Below the pieces are notes generated by a model that was not told where the DNA came from, did no database searches, and worked only from the letters and a program-made list of their open reading frames with translations. Made by a program: the position numbers and the translations under genes. From Chrysemys picta bellii (Eukaryota), in NCBI RefSeq assembly GCF_011386835.1, contig NC_088791.1:350858001-350922000 (forward strand): 64,000 nt of DNA, given 5' to 3'. Positions 60,967 to 64,000 of the stretch are shown here, in pieces; positions within the stretch are counted from its first letter, which is position 1; every line of letters starts with the position of its first letter.

Positions 60967-61007
60967 GCATAAGCTTTCGTGGGCAAAAACCTCACTTCTT
61001 CGGATGC
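60967..61007 (-). ncRNA. Hammerhead motif, CCGAAGA core variant
   Basis: Minus strand: GCAU-CCGAAGA-A-GUGAGGU(UUUU)GCCCAC-GAA-AGCU-U-AUGC. Confidence 0.65.
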
Positions 61008-61737
61008 ATAGAGTGAAAGTTACAAATGCAGGCATTATGTACTGACACATGGAGAGGCAGGCCAGTCCTCGCTTACAGACAACCCCCCAACCTGAAGCAA
61101 ATACTCACCAGCAACTACACACCACTCCACAGAAACACCAACCCAGGAACCAATCCCTGTAGCAAACCTCGTTGCCTACTCTGTCTCCATATCTACTCTG
61201 GCGACACCATCAGAGGACCCAACCACATCAGCCACACCATCAAGGGCTCATTCACCTGCACATCCACTAATGTTATATGTGCCAGCAATGCCCCTCTGCC
61301 ATGTACATTGGCCAAACTGGACAGGCCCTCCGCAAAAGAATAAATGGACACAAATCGGACATCAGGAATGGTAACATTCATAAGCCAGTAAGTGAACACT
61401 TCAATCTCCCTGGTCATTCTATTACAGATTTAAAAGTTACTATCATTGGGGAAAAAAAAACTTCAGAAACAGACTTCAAAGAGAAACAGCAGAACTAAAA
61501 TTCATTTGCAAATTCAACACCATTAATCTGGGCTTGAATAGGGACTGGGAGTGGCTGGCTCATTACAGAAGCAGCTTTTCCTCTCCTGGAATTGACACCT
61601 CCTCATCTATTATTGGGAGTGGACTACATCCACCCTGATTGAATTGGCCCTGTCAACACTGGTTCTCCACTTGCAAAGTAACTCCCTGCTCTCCATGTGT
61701 CAGTATATAATGCCTGCATCTGTAAATTTCACTCTAT

Positions 61738-61778
61738 GCATCCGAAGAAGTGAGGTTTTTACCCACGAAAGCTTATGC
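61738..61778 (+). ncRNA. Hammerhead motif, CCGAAGA core variant
   Basis: gcat-ccgaaga-a-gtgaggt(tttt)acccac-gaa-agct-t-atgc. Confidence 0.65.
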
Positions 61779-64000
61779 TCAAATAAATCTGTAAGTCTTT
61801 AAGGTGCCACCAAACTCCTTGTTGTTTTTGTAGATACAGACTAACACGGCTACCCCCGATACATGCCTGGAGTACTGTCATGGATGGATATAAACTGTTC
61901 AGGAAGGACAGGCAGGGCAGAAAAGATGGGGGAGTTGCATTGTATGTAAGAGAGGAGTAGGACTGCTCAGAGCTCCGGTATGAAACTGCAGAAAAAAATG
62001 AGAGTCTCTGGATTAAGTTTAGAATTGTGAGCAACAAGGGTGATGTTGTGGTGGGAGTCTGCTATAGACCACCAGACCAGGGGGATGAGGTGGACGAGGC
62101 TTTCTTCCGGCAACTAGCACAAGTTACTAGATCGCAGACCTTGGTTCTCATGGGAGACTTTAATCACCCTGATATCTGTTGGGAGAGCAATACAACGGTG
62201 CACAGACAATCTAGGAAGCTTTTGGAAAGTGTAGGGGACAATTTCCTGGTGCAAGTGCTGGAGGAACCAACTAGGGGCAGAGCTCTTCTAGACCTGCTGC
62301 TCATAAACTGGGAAGAATTAGTAGGGGAAGCAAAAGTGGATGGGAACCTGGGAGGCAGTGACCATGAAATGGTCGAGTTCAGGATCCTGACACAAGGACG
62401 AAAGGAGAGCAGCAGAATATGGACACTGGACTTCAGAAAAGCAGACTTTGACTCCCTCAGGGAACTGATGGGCAGGATCCCCTGGGAGAATAACATGAGG
62501 GGGAAAGGAGTCCAGGAGAGCTGGCTGTATTTTAAAGAATCCTTATTGAGGTTGCAGGAAAAAAACATCCTAATGTGTAGAAAGAACAGGTAATATGGCA
62601 GGCGACCAGCTTGGCTTAACAGTGAAATCCTTGCTGACTTTAAACGCAAAAAAGAAGTTTACAAGAGGAGGAGTATAAAAATATTTCTCAAGCATGCAGG
62701 AGTGAAATCAGGCAGGCCAAATCACACTTGGAGTTGCAGCTAGCAAGAGATGTTAAGAGTAACAATAAGGGTTTCTTCAGGTATGTTAGCAACAAGAAGA
62801 AAGTCAAGGAAAGTGTGGGCCCCTTACTGAATGAGGGAGGCAACCTAGTAACAGAGGATGTGAAAAAAGCTAATGTACTCAATGATTTTTTGCCTCTATC
62901 TTCACAAACAAGGTCAGCTCCCAGACTACTGCACAGGGCAGCACAGTATGGGGAGAAGGTGACCAACCCTCTGTGGAGAAAGAAGTAGTTTGGGACTATT
63001 TAAAAAAACTGGATGAGCACAAGTCCATGGGGCCGGATGCACTGCATCCGCGGGTGCTAAAGGGGTTGGCGGATGTGATTGCAAGGCCATTGGCCATTAT
63101 CTTTGAAAACTCATGGCAATCGGGGGAGGTCCCGGATAACTGGAAAAAGGCTAATGTAGTGCCCATCTTTAAAAAAGTGAAGGAGGATCCGGGGAACTAC
63201 AGGCCAGTCAGCCTCACCTCAGTCCCTGGAAATATCATGGGCAGGTCCTCAAGGAATCAATTCTGAAGCACTTAGAGGAGAGGAAAGTGATCAGGAACAG
63301 TCAGCATGGATTCACCAAGGGCAAGTCATGCCTGACTAACCTAATTGCCTTCTATGAGGAGATAATTGACTCTGTGAATGAGGGGAAAGCAGTGGATGTG
63401 TTATTCCTTGACTTTAGCAAAGTTTTTATACAGTCTCCCACAGTATTCTTGCCAGCAAGTTAAAGAAGTATGGGCTGGATGAATGGACTGTAAGGTGGAT
63501 AGAAAGCTGGCTTGATAGGTGGGCGCAACGGGTAGTGATCAACGGCTCCATATCTAGTTGGCAGCCGGTTTCAAGTGGAGTGCCCCAGGGGTCAGTCCTG
63601 GGGCCGGTTTTGTTCAATATCTTCATTAATGATCCAGAGGATGGCGTGGACTGCATTCTCAGCAAATTTGCAGATGACACTAAACTGGGAGCAATGGTAG
63701 AAATGCTGGAGGGTAGGGTTAGGATACAGAGGGACCTAGTCAAATTAGAGGATTGGGCCAAAAGAAACCTGATGAGGTTCAACAAGGACAAGTGCAGAGT
63801 CCTTCACTTAGGATGGAAGAATCTCATGCACTGTTACAGACTAGGGACCGAATGGCTAGGAAGCAGTTCTGCAGAAAAGGACCTAGGGATTACAGTGGAC
63901 GATAAGCTGGATATGAGTCAACAGTGTGCCCTTGTTGTTAAGAAGGCTAACGGCATTTTGGGCTGTATAAGTAGGGGCATTGCCAGCAGATTGAGGGACG

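Larger units (their letters stand above)
60917..61860 (+). mobile_element. Penelope-like element (5'-truncated): GIY-YIG endonuclease region with inverted terminal repeat
   Basis: PCSKPRCLLC, NVI..CQQCPSAMYIGQT..RINGH. About 140 bp inverted arms (60916-61056 / 61689-61829). 14 bp TSD ACATG(A/C)CTGGAGTA at 60903-60916 and 61861-61874. Confidence 0.92.
60700..64000 (+). mobile_element. CR1 LINE ORF2 (EN plus RT, frameshifted), runs off the window
   Basis: LKCLYTNARSLG start, [45 protein letters not shown]. Interrupted by a PLE at 60917. Confidence 0.95.

Noticed and set aside
1-64000. tRNA, rRNA or beta-globin genes (class I ORs flank the globin locus in amniotes)
   Set aside because: No recognisable sequence for any of these in this window.

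Overview
Eukaryotic (reptile, most likely turtle) genomic DNA from a class I olfactory receptor cluster. It holds one OR52-family gene (+), five intact-ORF OR51-family paralogs (two +, three -) and one OR51 pseudogene (+). The OR51 genes sit in duplicated cassettes of about 4.5-9.5 kb, arranged as two convergent sub-arrays around an inversion junction at about 32 kb. Aligning the cassettes by eye gives a consistent gene model: O/E (EBF) site, CATAAA box, short non-coding exon 1 with a GTAYGT donor, a 1-3.9 kb intron, and an acceptor exactly 40 nt before the ATG. The rest is layered mobile DNA: many CR1 LINE fragments, a decayed ERV (pro-RT, env, LTR; probably class III-like), solo LTRs with TSDs, hAT and Harbinger MITEs, and six Penelope-like insertions carrying minimal type I hammerhead ribozyme motifs. 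Most notable: the ribozyme set with covarying stem II, two long inverted repeats (77 bp arms with one mismatch; 33 bp perfect arms), a 228 bp near-identical patch with a shared frameshift between two otherwise diverged CR1 copies, and intact-ORF receptors that have lost core GPCR residues. All alignments were done by eye. TE boundaries without a stated TSD are approximate.
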